Positions 56,171 to 64,000 of a stretch of 64,000 bases of DNA are shown here, in pieces (the first letter of the stretch is position 1; the number at the start of each line of letters is the position of its first letter). Where the stretch lies: the NCBI GenBank assembly GCA_964475135.1, contig CAYYWL010000003.1, positions 305 through 64,304 on the forward strand, given 5' to 3'. The position numbers and the translations under genes were made by a program. This DNA is from an uncultured Owenweeksia sp. GTDB lineage: Bacteria > Bacteroidota > Bacteroidia > Flavobacteriales > Schleiferiaceae. The notes under the pieces are model-generated. The model made no database searches. It saw only the letters and a list, made by a program, of their open reading frames with translations, and had not been told where the DNA came from.

Positions 56171-56300
56171 GGTTGGGCGGTTGGTTCGGGGCTTATGGCC
56201 ATTAGCCACTGGCTACTGGGCACGAGGGACAAAAAACTAGAAACAAGAGACCAATAGCTAGAAGCCAATAGCTAGTAGCTGGAAGCCCACAGCTGATGGC
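56171..56300. repeat. Intergenic repeat cluster of the same word family (GGTTGG, GGCCATTAGCC, AGCCAATAGCTAG x2, CTAGAAAC)
   Basis: GGTTGGGCGGTTGGTTCGGGG...GGCCATTAGCCACTGGCTACTGGG...ACTAGAAACAAGAGACCAATAGCTAGAAGCCAATAGCTAGTAGCTGGAAGCC. Confidence 0.7.
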
Positions 56301-56349
56301 TTTCGTTTGCACACGATTAGGCCTCGTCGGGTCGTGGCAGCTTTGGCCC

Positions 56350-57192
56350 ATGAAGCAGACAGTCCTACTCCCCGCATGGCCGCTGATGGCCACCCTACTC
56401 TCTTATTCGGCGATGGCCCAGACGAGTTTCTGGACCGCGACCGAAACCACCTTTCGCGGCAGCCGCCTCAGCGACATTGCCGATACCGCCTACCTCTTGC
56501 CCTGGGATCTTGAGGCACTTAGAATGCGCGAAACCCATCAGGCCCGCCAGTGGTGGACCGACGATGAGGGTCGATCGGTCACTGCGGCTCAGGAGCTAAA
56601 GGGGGATCGGGACCCATGGATGGGTCCCGCCCCGGCTGCGTCGGCGCAGCCGGGGGAGGCGCCCCTGCGGGCGGCGGTGCCGCCCGATGGGATTCCGCTC
56701 GACCAACCGCTCGAACTCGGCCACGGATGGACCCTCACCTGGAGCGCCTCCATCCCCCAGCAGACCTACGCCAAGGGCGACAGCAGCATCGCACTGACGT
56801 GGGCGGCGGCGGGCAACCAATGGTCGGTGGTAGCTGAAGAACGAAGCTTTCCGCGGCAAACCCTCAACGGGCTGTGCATGCACGACTGGTCGTTCACCGA
56901 ACGCAGTCCGCTGGTGGGCTACGGCCCCAAAGGAGCTGAATCGCGCCCCACACTCTCCGTGCAACCGAACCCAAGAGGACGCCAAGAACTCGTCGTCGAA
57001 CTCGTTGGGCACGACGGGATTTGGCCTTCTGCCGTGCGCTGCGTCGACGCCCAAGGACGACTGACTGAATCACAGCCGCCCCAGGGAGCCTTGCCGCTCC
57101 GGTGGAACCCCGTTGGCCTCAACTCTGGCCGATATATTATTCAAATTCAAATAGGTAACCAAACCTATTCGGTAGCTTTTATTCAACACTAA
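56350..57192 (+). CDS. Orphan secreted protein with a T9SS-like C-terminal domain
   Basis: The ATG at 56350 gives MKQTVLLPAWPLMATLLSYSAMAQ. The C-terminus is LSVQPNPRGRQELVVEL...GRYIIQIQIGNQTYSVAFIQH. Confidence 0.65.
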   Translation: MKQTVLLPAWPLMATLLSYSAMAQTSFWTATETTFRGSRLSDIADTAYLLPWDLEALRMRETHQARQWWTDDEGRSVTAAQELKGDRDPWMGPAPAASAQPGEAPLRAAVPPDGIPLDQPLELGHGWTLTWSASIPQQTYAKGDSSIALTWAAAGNQWSVVAEERSFPRQTLNGLCMHDWSFTERSPLVGYGPKGAESRPTLSVQPNPRGRQELVVELVGHDGIWPSAVRCVDAQGRLTESQPPQGALPLRWNPVGLNSGRYIIQIQIGNQTYSVAFIQH

Positions 57193-57204
57193 CACCCCTT
57201 TGCC

Positions 57205-58770
57205 ATGCCTAGTTCTAGCCACCGCGCCGACTCTCCGGCGCCCATCGCCCTCGTGGTAGGGCTCATCCTCAGTCTCACGCTGCTGCTGTCGTGGTCCGCT
57301 GCCGCGCAGCCCTGCAGCAATCCGGCCTCGCTTCCGGCCATTGAAGCGGCTCCGGCGGTCCGCGCGGACTTTGTTCCGCCCACTGGGTCGCTGCGGTGGT
57401 CCAACAAAACGGCCACCAACGGAGACCGCATCGTGCACTTCATCCACGGCCTCGGCGGCAATGCCGACAGCTGGAACCTCGTTGCTGCCCGAACCGCAGC
57501 CATAGGGACACCTGGCTACCCCGCCCGCGAAGTCGTGTACGCCAACCCACCGACCTACCTGCAGACGGGTTCGACGCTCGATGCCGCAATGGACATTCAC
57601 GGCTACTTGACCGCGACGGGCGGGCCGCTCTCTGCGCTGCATGCGATTGACGTCGAAGACAACTTCATGGTGGCGCATTCCTACGGGGGCGTGCTGTCGC
57701 TGCTGCTCGACAGCCTGTACGACGACCCACAGACCTTCACTCGGCAATTTGGCGGAATCGTCGCATTCGGCTCCGCCATCAACGGCGCCTACCTCGCTAA
57801 AGCGCTGCACCCGACGGGCGACAACCTGGCCGTGGCCTTTGTCGAGGAGGCCTGCCGTGCACTGAGCGATCCGCGGCTCGTGGCACCGCAGTTCCCGGCG
57901 CTTCGCTGGATTCCGGGTCTGGATCCGCTGCTTCGCACAGCCGTGGACAACGCCTGCGGACTCGGGAGTAGCTTCGTGCCTTTTGCTCTGCAAAAATTCA
58001 ACAGCCCGGGTATGGTTGAATTGTTTCCGTCGGCTCCGCTGGCAAAGCGGTTGGGCAAGCGCGTTCCGTCGGTGCCGGTTGTAGTCGCCTACGGCGTCGA
58101 GGACGAGCCCGTGTTTTGGCGCACCGCGACGTCGATGTACCGAAGCGATTCCGTGGGGCTGTTGCTGGCCAACGACCCCTTTAGTATGGACGGCGACGGA
58201 GACCTCGTAACCTTTGCCACCCAGCAGCACGACCGCTACGCCAACCAAAAGGCGCAGGCGCTGCAGCGGGCCGCCAACTACCGCTTGGCGGCGTGGGCCC
58301 TCTCGCCGACGCTTTTAGGGTCGCTCCTCGCCGAGTGGCAGGCCGTGGTGGCCGAGCGCGAAGCGGCCGCGGCCGACAAAGCTGCCCGCTGGTACCGCGA
58401 CGCCAACGACAGCTACAAGCAGCTGGTCGGAGCCCGCGTCATGCAAGTCAACGCCGAGGGCTACTGGTGCCGCTGCCGCGATGAATACAGTGCCCCCACG
58501 TGGTACCCGGTCAACGACCCCGCCGACTGCTTTGGCGACGGAGACTGCCTGACCTTCCCGATCTACGAGTACCAGTTGGTTGAAAAGCCGAGCGACGGCG
58601 TGGTTTTGGCCGAGTCTGCAGGTATTTTGAACGGAGCCGTTGCCTCCGTGCTCATGCCCAGCACCAACCACCAGCAGATGCGCAACTCTTCGGTAACCAA
58701 ATCCGTCCTCAACCGCGTCATGAACGGTCAGATTCCGGGCGGAGCCTTCTTTGCAACCCCCACCCGATGA
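57205..58770 (+). CDS. Secreted alpha/beta-hydrolase, lipase-like (AHSYG nucleophile elbow)
   Basis: It has a signal/TM segment, HFIHGLGGN (oxyanion HG), MVAHSYGGV, a late SDGVV and NHQQM. A ~150-aa helical insertion is present. 521 aa. Confidence 0.7.
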   Translation: MPSSSHRADSPAPIALVVGLILSLTLLLSWSAAAQPCSNPASLPAIEAAPAVRADFVPPTGSLRWSNKTATNGDRIVHFIHGLGGNADSWNLVAARTAAIGTPGYPAREVVYANPPTYLQTGSTLDAAMDIHGYLTATGGPLSALHAIDVEDNFMVAHSYGGVLSLLLDSLYDDPQTFTRQFGGIVAFGSAINGAYLAKALHPTGDNLAVAFVEEACRALSDPRLVAPQFPALRWIPGLDPLLRTAVDNACGLGSSFVPFALQKFNSPGMVELFPSAPLAKRLGKRVPSVPVVVAYGVEDEPVFWRTATSMYRSDSVGLLLANDPFSMDGDGDLVTFATQQHDRYANQKAQALQRAANYRLAAWALSPTLLGSLLAEWQAVVAEREAAAADKAARWYRDANDSYKQLVGARVMQVNAEGYWCRCRDEYSAPTWYPVNDPADCFGDGDCLTFPIYEYQLVEKPSDGVVLAESAGILNGAVASVLMPSTNHQQMRNSSVTKSVLNRVMNGQIPGGAFFATPTR

Positions 58771-59903
58771 GTGGCGGAACCTCTGCCGGGCGGGCGCGCC
58801 TCAAGCGCGCGTCCGCCTTGGCGTGGGGCCTCTGCGGCCTCGCCGCAGCGGTCTTGGCAATCTGGGGCTGCAGACCCGCTGAACTCCCCACCCCCTCGGC
58901 ACCTGGAATCATTTGGTCGCGTCCCCTCGAGGGGCCCAGCTTTGGCCCTTATGCGTTGGGCCAAGGCACATCTGAAGGAGCCCTTTGGAGCGACGGCGAC
59001 AGCCTCCGCTGGCTGCGCGCAACCGACGGCCACCCCCTGCAGTCCTGGCTATGGCCCCCGGGCTTTCGCGACCTGTCGTGGGGCCAAGAAAACGTCGTTG
59101 CCCAGCCGGATGCCGTTGTGCTCTTCGGGGCGCAAAGCCTTGCCCTGATAAAGCCGGGGCAGCCGCTGCACCTCATTCCCTACCCTTTGGGCGGAGCCAG
59201 TTTTCGCTCCGGCCACCGCGATCCCGAGGGCGGTATCCTTTTGAGTTGGCGCCGCGATTCCGCAGGCCTTGACCCCGAAGCCAACCAAATCCTTCGGTGG
59301 TTTCACGGCCAATGGACCGTCCTTGCCACAGCGCCCGGACGCAAAGGCCTCTTTGACGCGCCCCGCAGCTGGAAGCGCGGCTGGCTCGCCGTCCTTCGGT
59401 GCGGAACCCACTGCGAACTCTGGTGGTCCGACCGAGGCCAAATCCGCCACCAACGCCTTGTGGGCGGCGACGGAACCGGCCACCCGCCCGCCGTGGCGGG
59501 CGGAACAGCCTTCATTGCCAGCCAAGACAGCGCTGTCGCGTTCGACCTCAGCAAGGGCCAACGGCTGTGGGCCCGACAGCTTCCGGGCGGCTTTGACTTT
59601 GGTGTCCACGGCCTCAACCCGAGCACCCAAACTTGGGACCTTTTGAGCAGCCGCGGCTGGTGGGTTCGACTCAATCCCGCTACCGGAACCGCAGGCGACC
59701 AAGGCCAAATTGAGCCCCTTTGGCTGGACAGATGGCAGGGCCCACCCTGGACATTTACCAAAAACAACACCCTGTATTTGTGGAATTTTGGCAAACCTAT
59801 GCCTTCGGTTTTGCCCGCCGAGGCGAGCGGGCTCAACAGCATACCTGTCCAAACCAGTATACTCATTCACTTGTGGAACACGGCCTCAGCCATTCAGCCA
59901 TAA
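58767..59903 (+). CDS. Orphan lipoprotein, Trp/Gly-rich (possible beta-propeller)
   Basis: ATGA overlap with the upstream gene and a lipobox-like VLAIWGC. No family is recognised. Confidence 0.6.
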   Translation: MSGGTSAGRARLKRASALAWGLCGLAAAVLAIWGCRPAELPTPSAPGIIWSRPLEGPSFGPYALGQGTSEGALWSDGDSLRWLRATDGHPLQSWLWPPGFRDLSWGQENVVAQPDAVVLFGAQSLALIKPGQPLHLIPYPLGGASFRSGHRDPEGGILLSWRRDSAGLDPEANQILRWFHGQWTVLATAPGRKGLFDAPRSWKRGWLAVLRCGTHCELWWSDRGQIRHQRLVGGDGTGHPPAVAGGTAFIASQDSAVAFDLSKGQRLWARQLPGGFDFGVHGLNPSTQTWDLLSSRGWWVRLNPATGTAGDQGQIEPLWLDRWQGPPWTFTKNNTLYLWNFGKPMPSVLPAEASGLNSIPVQTSILIHLWNTASAIQP

Positions 59904-59924
59904 AAAAAGGGGGCACCCGCCCCC
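59902..59924 (-). terminator. Intrinsic terminator after the pspC-domain gene
   Basis: On the minus strand the stem GGGGGC/GCCCCC is followed by TTTTTTT. Confidence 0.65.
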
Positions 59925-59946
59925 CTGATTCGCAAAATGCGTCGAT

Positions 59947-61485
59947 CTACTTGAACTCTGCCAAACCCTGCTCGGTCATGAGCCAGGTTTTGCCGCCCAT
60001 GTGTCCGTCCCAAATGTCTTCGGTATTGGCCACATCGTCGAGGTACGGAACCGTCGTCGCGTCTAAAAACACACTGTGGCCCACGGGGAGGTAGAGTACT
60101 AGCTCTACGGATTGGCCCCGAAAGCGGTCTGGCTTTGGGTAGTGAAGCAAGTCGCCAATTAAAATGCGACCGGTACTGTCACTCCGCACCTCGTAGGCGA
60201 CCGCTGCGGCGCGCTCGCGAGCCGAACGGCGCGATCCCCCTTGGGCTTCGGCCGTCCATTCCAAGCTCGGAGTGTCGCGAAAGGTCGGACGCACATCCAC
60301 GTCAATTCCGTCAAAGTAAACCTCTGAATCTGTGAGAATCCACGAGCTTTCGTCCGTATCGTCGTCGCTGAAGTGAAGCTTGGTTCCGCCCTCGACTGGA
60401 GTTGTAGCCATCACCATGGTCCACTGCTTCACCCCTTGCGGAAGGGCCTCCACGTGCACGACGGTCGCCTCCTCGCGAAATTCCGAACCGAAGCGCGCAC
60501 CCAGAACGCCCATTAGTGCGATTCCGACAATGGACAGCATCAGCGCAGTGCCCATAATCGCACGGTGCACCGGTCCCTTTTGGCGGAACAGCAAGCGAAG
60601 CGCCAGCAGCACCAACGCCACCAGCGGCCCTATAAGCACTAGTGCGGTTGCCGTCCAGAAGTACACGAGTCCAAAACCTGCGGGCAAAAAGATTCCCATA
60701 AGCTCTGATACGGACAGGTGCGCTCCGTCAATGGTGATTCCGTTACCAAAAACAGCAGCGAGAATGGTTGATCCGAAGAAGAACGCGATGACTAAAAACA
60801 GTCCGCCCAAAAAGCGACCAAAGCCCACCAAAATGCTGGTGATCACGTCGCCAAGGCCTTGGGCTGCCCGCCGCACCTTGCGGTGGTTCTCCTTGTCTTT
60901 GAGGCGCGACTCAACGTTCTTAAACTCCTCTTCGACCGTCTGGCGGATGTTGTCAAACGTCGCCGGCTTGCCCTTCATGGCCAAGCGCTCTGCAGGCGTA
61001 ACCGCCTTGGGCGTCGCCGCCCAGAGGATGAAATACAGCAGCACTCCGAAGCCCGTAAAGAGGCCGAAGAGCACAAACAGAATGCGCACAATCACGACAT
61101 CAATGTCGAAGTAGCTCGCAAAGCCCGAACAGACGCCCCCGATCATTTGCTCTTCGGGGTCGCGGTACAGGCGACGGCGTGACCGCTCTTCGGCCATGAT
61201 TGGCTCAGGTTCTTCAGCAGAATCTCCCGCAAAGTCCTTGGGCTGCCCCAAAGTGTTCATCGCTGCCTGCACGTCGTCAGTGCTGACCACTTGGCGGGCA
61301 CCTGCTAAGCGTTGCATGAAGATTTCGGCAATGCGCGCCTCAATGTCGGCGAGCACCTCTTCGCGACCCTCAGTCGCAGCTAAATGGCGGCGAAGCGCTT
61401 CGAGGTAGGCCGATAGTGCGGCGTAGGCATCCTCGTCCAAATGGAAGAGCATTCCGCCAAGGTTGATGTCAATGGTCTTTTTCAT
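59947..61485 (-). CDS. PspC domain-containing membrane protein
   Basis: The ATG at 61485 gives MKKTIDINLGGMLFHLDEDAY, with an ATGA overlap with the padR stop. The PspC motif MIGGVCSGFASYFDIDVVIVRILFVLF and several TM helices are present. Confidence 0.85.
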   Translation of the reverse strand: MKKTIDINLGGMLFHLDEDAYAALSAYLEALRRHLAATEGREEVLADIEARIAEIFMQRLAGARQVVSTDDVQAAMNTLGQPKDFAGDSAEEPEPIMAEERSRRRLYRDPEEQMIGGVCSGFASYFDIDVVIVRILFVLFGLFTGFGVLLYFILWAATPKAVTPAERLAMKGKPATFDNIRQTVEEEFKNVESRLKDKENHRKVRRAAQGLGDVITSILVGFGRFLGGLFLVIAFFFGSTILAAVFGNGITIDGAHLSVSELMGIFLPAGFGLVYFWTATALVLIGPLVALVLLALRLLFRQKGPVHRAIMGTALMLSIVGIALMGVLGARFGSEFREEATVVHVEALPQGVKQWTMVMATTPVEGGTKLHFSDDDTDESSWILTDSEVYFDGIDVDVRPTFRDTPSLEWTAEAQGGSRRSARERAAAVAYEVRSDSTGRILIGDLLHYPKPDRFRGQSVELVLYLPVGHSVFLDATTVPYLDDVANTEDIWDGHMGGKTWLMTEQGLAEFK

Positions 61486-61808
61486 GAGTTCTTGAGGGAG
61501 TTTACAGCGTCGATAAATGCGGTCCATTCTGAATTCAAGGCTTCAAGCAGAATTCGGCCCGTCTCGGTGAGTTGGTAGTACTTGCGTGGGGGGCCCGACT
61601 TGGACTCCTCCCAACGGTAGTCTAGCCAGCCCGCGTTCTTCATTCGGGTGAGTAGCGGATACAGCGTACCCTCCACCACGAGCAAGTCGGCCTGCTTCAA
61701 GGCCTCTGAGATGTCCGAGGCGTAGGCCTCTCCGCGTCCCAAAACCCGAAGCACGCAGAGCTCGAGGACCCCTTTGCGCATTTGCGCCCGTGCGTTTTCA
61801 GTATTCAT
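61482..61808 (-). CDS. PadR family transcriptional regulator
   Basis: 108 aa with a winged-helix sequence LCVLRVL...EGTLYPLLTRMKNAGWL. Confidence 0.88.
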   Translation of the reverse strand: MNTENARAQMRKGVLELCVLRVLGRGEAYASDISEALKQADLLVVEGTLYPLLTRMKNAGWLDYRWEESKSGPPRKYYQLTETGRILLEALNSEWTAFIDAVNSLKNS

Positions 61809-61934
61809 TAATGCAAAGATATAAATAAAGCTTGGTACTTTGTTTCACATAGTACTAAAAGTGTGCCAAAGCGAAGTTCAGCTCCCCGCGAACCTTATAT
61901 TCTCTCAAATGTTACGTAGCTAGAAACTTCGACT

Positions 61935-63368
61935 ATGCGCTCACTACTTTTGATTATTTGCCTCACTCTTGCGGGTTGGGCCTCAGCCCAAACCAACGTA
62001 CAAGGCGGCATTTACGCCAACACCACCTGGACGCTTGCTAACTCCCCGTACGTCATGACGGGCTCCATCGTCGTCTTCCCCGGCAAAACCCTGACCATTC
62101 AGCCTGGCGTAGTGGTCAAGGTTCAAAATCCGGGTCCCGGAAGCCTTTACTACTTAGAAATCCGCGGTTCGCTCGTTGCTCAAGGCACCAAAGCCCAACC
62201 CATTGTATTCCAAAGTGCGGTGCCAAACGACACGAACAAATACGCTTGGTCGGGGATCATGATCAAAGGCAGTCAGGGCGGATCCGCCAGCCTGAACGCC
62301 GTACACCTAAAAAACGCGTACCACGCCCTCGACAACGACCAAGTCGACAGCACCCGCCAAGCGTGGAAGTACATGCGCTTCGAGCACAACTACTACGCGC
62401 TCATGTACCCAGGAAGCATGGACATCGACTCTTCCGTGTTCCGCGAAAACAACATCGGGCTGTACTTAACCGCGCCCATGATGACCGACACCAACCTGAT
62501 TTCTCATTGCCGATTTAGCCAGAACAACGTCAGTTCCCAATCATACATTGCGCCTTCGATCTTTTTGACCTGCGCCTTCGACAGCAACAACTACGGTTTC
62601 TTTGCAGGCAATCCATTTATTATGAATTACTTAGAGTTTAACGACTGCTCCTTCAATGCGAACTACCGTGCCATGGATTCTCCGGGGGGCGTTTGGGTTC
62701 GCAACAGCAGCTTCACCAACAACGGTCGCGGAATTCATCAGGCAAATTCCAGCGTGATTGAAAACTGTAGCTTCACCGGAAACGAATGGGCCGCCGAGAT
62801 TTACAATCAGTCTTACTTTACCAACAACCTGGTTGAAAACAACGACAACGGTCTGACGGTGGCCCGTGTATCGGCATGGGGCAATCCCGCTAGCGTTCCC
62901 GTGGTTGAAGACAACCGCTTGTGCGACAACAACTTTTACAACGTGCTGAACGGCAGCGACTTCAACCTTGAGCTTGAAAAAAATTGCTTCTGCCTTTCAG
63001 ATTCCGCCGCCATTGAAGCCAAGATTTACGACGGCTACGACGACATCACGCGCGGACTACTCAACTTCGCCGTCTACGACACAAGCTGTGTCACTCAGCT
63101 ATACCGGGTACTTAAGGTGAACATATTGAGTGGCTCTGAAGATGCGCAACTCGCCCTCGTGGCTTACCCCAACCCTGTCACTGACGTCCTCGTGATCGAG
63201 GGCCTGAATTCAGGCGACTGGGTGCAGGTTCGATCCGCCGTAGGACAACTTATCTCCGAAACCGAGTCAGAGTTTGGCGAGATACGCCTCGACGCATCGG
63301 CTTGGCCACGCGGACTATACCTGATTCAGGTCGGGGGCCGCTCGACGCTTAAGGTCCTTAAGCCGTAG
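61935..63368 (+). CDS. T9SS-secreted right-handed parallel beta-helix repeat protein
   Basis: It has a signal peptide and repeated N-rich beta-helix turns (FRENNIGLY, FSQNNVS, FTNNGRGI, VENNDNGL). The C-terminus is LVAYPNPVTDVLVIEGL...GLYLIQVGGRSTLKVLKP. Confidence 0.8.
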   Translation: MRSLLLIICLTLAGWASAQTNVQGGIYANTTWTLANSPYVMTGSIVVFPGKTLTIQPGVVVKVQNPGPGSLYYLEIRGSLVAQGTKAQPIVFQSAVPNDTNKYAWSGIMIKGSQGGSASLNAVHLKNAYHALDNDQVDSTRQAWKYMRFEHNYYALMYPGSMDIDSSVFRENNIGLYLTAPMMTDTNLISHCRFSQNNVSSQSYIAPSIFLTCAFDSNNYGFFAGNPFIMNYLEFNDCSFNANYRAMDSPGGVWVRNSSFTNNGRGIHQANSSVIENCSFTGNEWAAEIYNQSYFTNNLVENNDNGLTVARVSAWGNPASVPVVEDNRLCDNNFYNVLNGSDFNLELEKNCFCLSDSAAIEAKIYDGYDDITRGLLNFAVYDTSCVTQLYRVLKVNILSGSEDAQLALVAYPNPVTDVLVIEGLNSGDWVQVRSAVGQLISETESEFGEIRLDASAWPRGLYLIQVGGRSTLKVLKP

Positions 63369-63385
63369 CAGAGTATATTCGGGTC

Positions 63386-63904
63386 ATGGTATTCAACTTC
63401 CACCGCTGGCTCGAAGAGCACCGCCACGAACTTAAGCCGCCCGTCGGCAACAAAAACCTCACGCCCGACTCTGAGGACTACATCGTCATGGTCGTCGCAG
63501 GTCCAAACGCCCGCAAGGACTACCACTACAACGAAACCGAAGAAGTCTTCTACCAACTTGAAGGCCGCATCACGGTGCGCACTCAAGAGAACGGCCGCCC
63601 CGTCGACCACGTACTCGAAGCCGGCGACATGTTTGTCTGCCCCGCCAAAACTCCGCACTCGCCCATGCGCGAAGCCGGTAGCATCGGCCTCGTCATCGAG
63701 CGCAAGCGCGCCGGCAAAGGCTTCACCGACGGCCTACTCTGGTTCTGCGAATCCTGCAACAACCCCCTGCACGCCGCCTACTTCGAGCTGCACAACATCG
63801 AAAAGGACTTCCTTCCCCACTTCAAAGAATTTTACAGTAGCGAAACCAAGCGCACCTGCACCAGCTGCGGCCACGTCATGGAGACGGATCCGCGGTTTAC
63901 CTAG
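63386..63904 (+). CDS. 3-hydroxyanthranilate 3,4-dioxygenase (kynurenine pathway)
   Basis: Cupin motifs HYNETEEVFYQLEG and PAKTPHSP are present, plus a C-terminal CESC...CTSC site. 172 aa. Confidence 0.88.
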   Translation: MVFNFHRWLEEHRHELKPPVGNKNLTPDSEDYIVMVVAGPNARKDYHYNETEEVFYQLEGRITVRTQENGRPVDHVLEAGDMFVCPAKTPHSPMREAGSIGLVIERKRAGKGFTDGLLWFCESCNNPLHAAYFELHNIEKDFLPHFKEFYSSETKRTCTSCGHVMETDPRFT

Positions 63905-63928
63905 CTTTTAGCTGAGATTAGCTCGTTT
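63901..63928. repeat. Partial copy of the GCTGAGA(T/C)T(A/G)GCTCGTT repeat starting at the stop codon
   Basis: TAGCTTTTAGCTGAGATTAGCTCGTTTG. Compare GCTGAGACTGGCTCGTTAGC at 11929. Confidence 0.55.
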
Positions 63929-64000
63929 GTAAAATTGGCGCTCAGAATTCGGCCCCCTCATTGATAGCTCTTTGCGGGCCCAGTTGGCGGCTGCACGCTC

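Noticed and set aside
57070-58248. 392-aa minus-strand ORF, and similar long antisense ORFs at 59049..59870, 28456..29319, 23206..23973, 10569..11150, 12886..13719, 55220..56257 and 17688..18344
   Set aside because: Each lies opposite a gene with clear motifs (lipase-like, GT-C, TBDR, ALDH, infB, sufS). They are Arg/Gly/Ala/His-rich, as expected from the antisense of GC-rich coding DNA, and show no signal peptides or motifs.

Overview
This window is a chromosomal segment of a moderately GC-rich Bacteroidota (Flavobacteriia-like) genome. The lineage call rests on several type IX secretion (T9SS) C-terminal sorting domains, four SusD-less TonB-dependent receptors (TBDRs), an S46 dipeptidyl-peptidase and DUF2480/DUF3050 genes next to suf genes. 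I can support 52 protein-coding genes, one tRNA-Gln(UUG), eight intrinsic terminators, one pre-start palindrome and a dispersed family of intergenic repeats. One of the CDSs is a 1006-codon edge-truncated gene that is missing from the supplied ORF track. Housekeeping anchors are rimP-nusA-infB, lepA, parB, an acyl-CoA carboxyltransferase, sufS-sufE-sufT, HMG-CoA synthase and 3-hydroxyanthranilate dioxygenase. No CRISPR array, rRNA, transposase, integrase or recognisable phage or defence gene is visible. The items most worth a second look are listed here. (1) A compact SCO1 / MbnP-MbnH / periplasmic HMA / TBDR locus looks like an uncharacterised copper-acquisition relay. (2) A TBDR with His-rich loops is paired with a tiny HHHHEHC protein. 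(3) A visibly GC-richer block of three orphan secreted proteins sits where sufBCD would be expected. (4) A ChlI-like AAA+ / VWA / lipoprotein trio has no assigned function. (5) An intergenic repeat family built on GGTTGGCTCGTTAGCGAGGTTGGC forms long inverted or tandem structures, including a perfect 32-bp inverted repeat with a 200-bp spacer. (6) A sulfotransferase-fold gene is translationally coupled to DUF2490 and adjacent to a class IV aminotransferase, a TBDR and a T9SS esterase. All product names come from motifs I could read in the translations plus recollection of the families. No database search was run.
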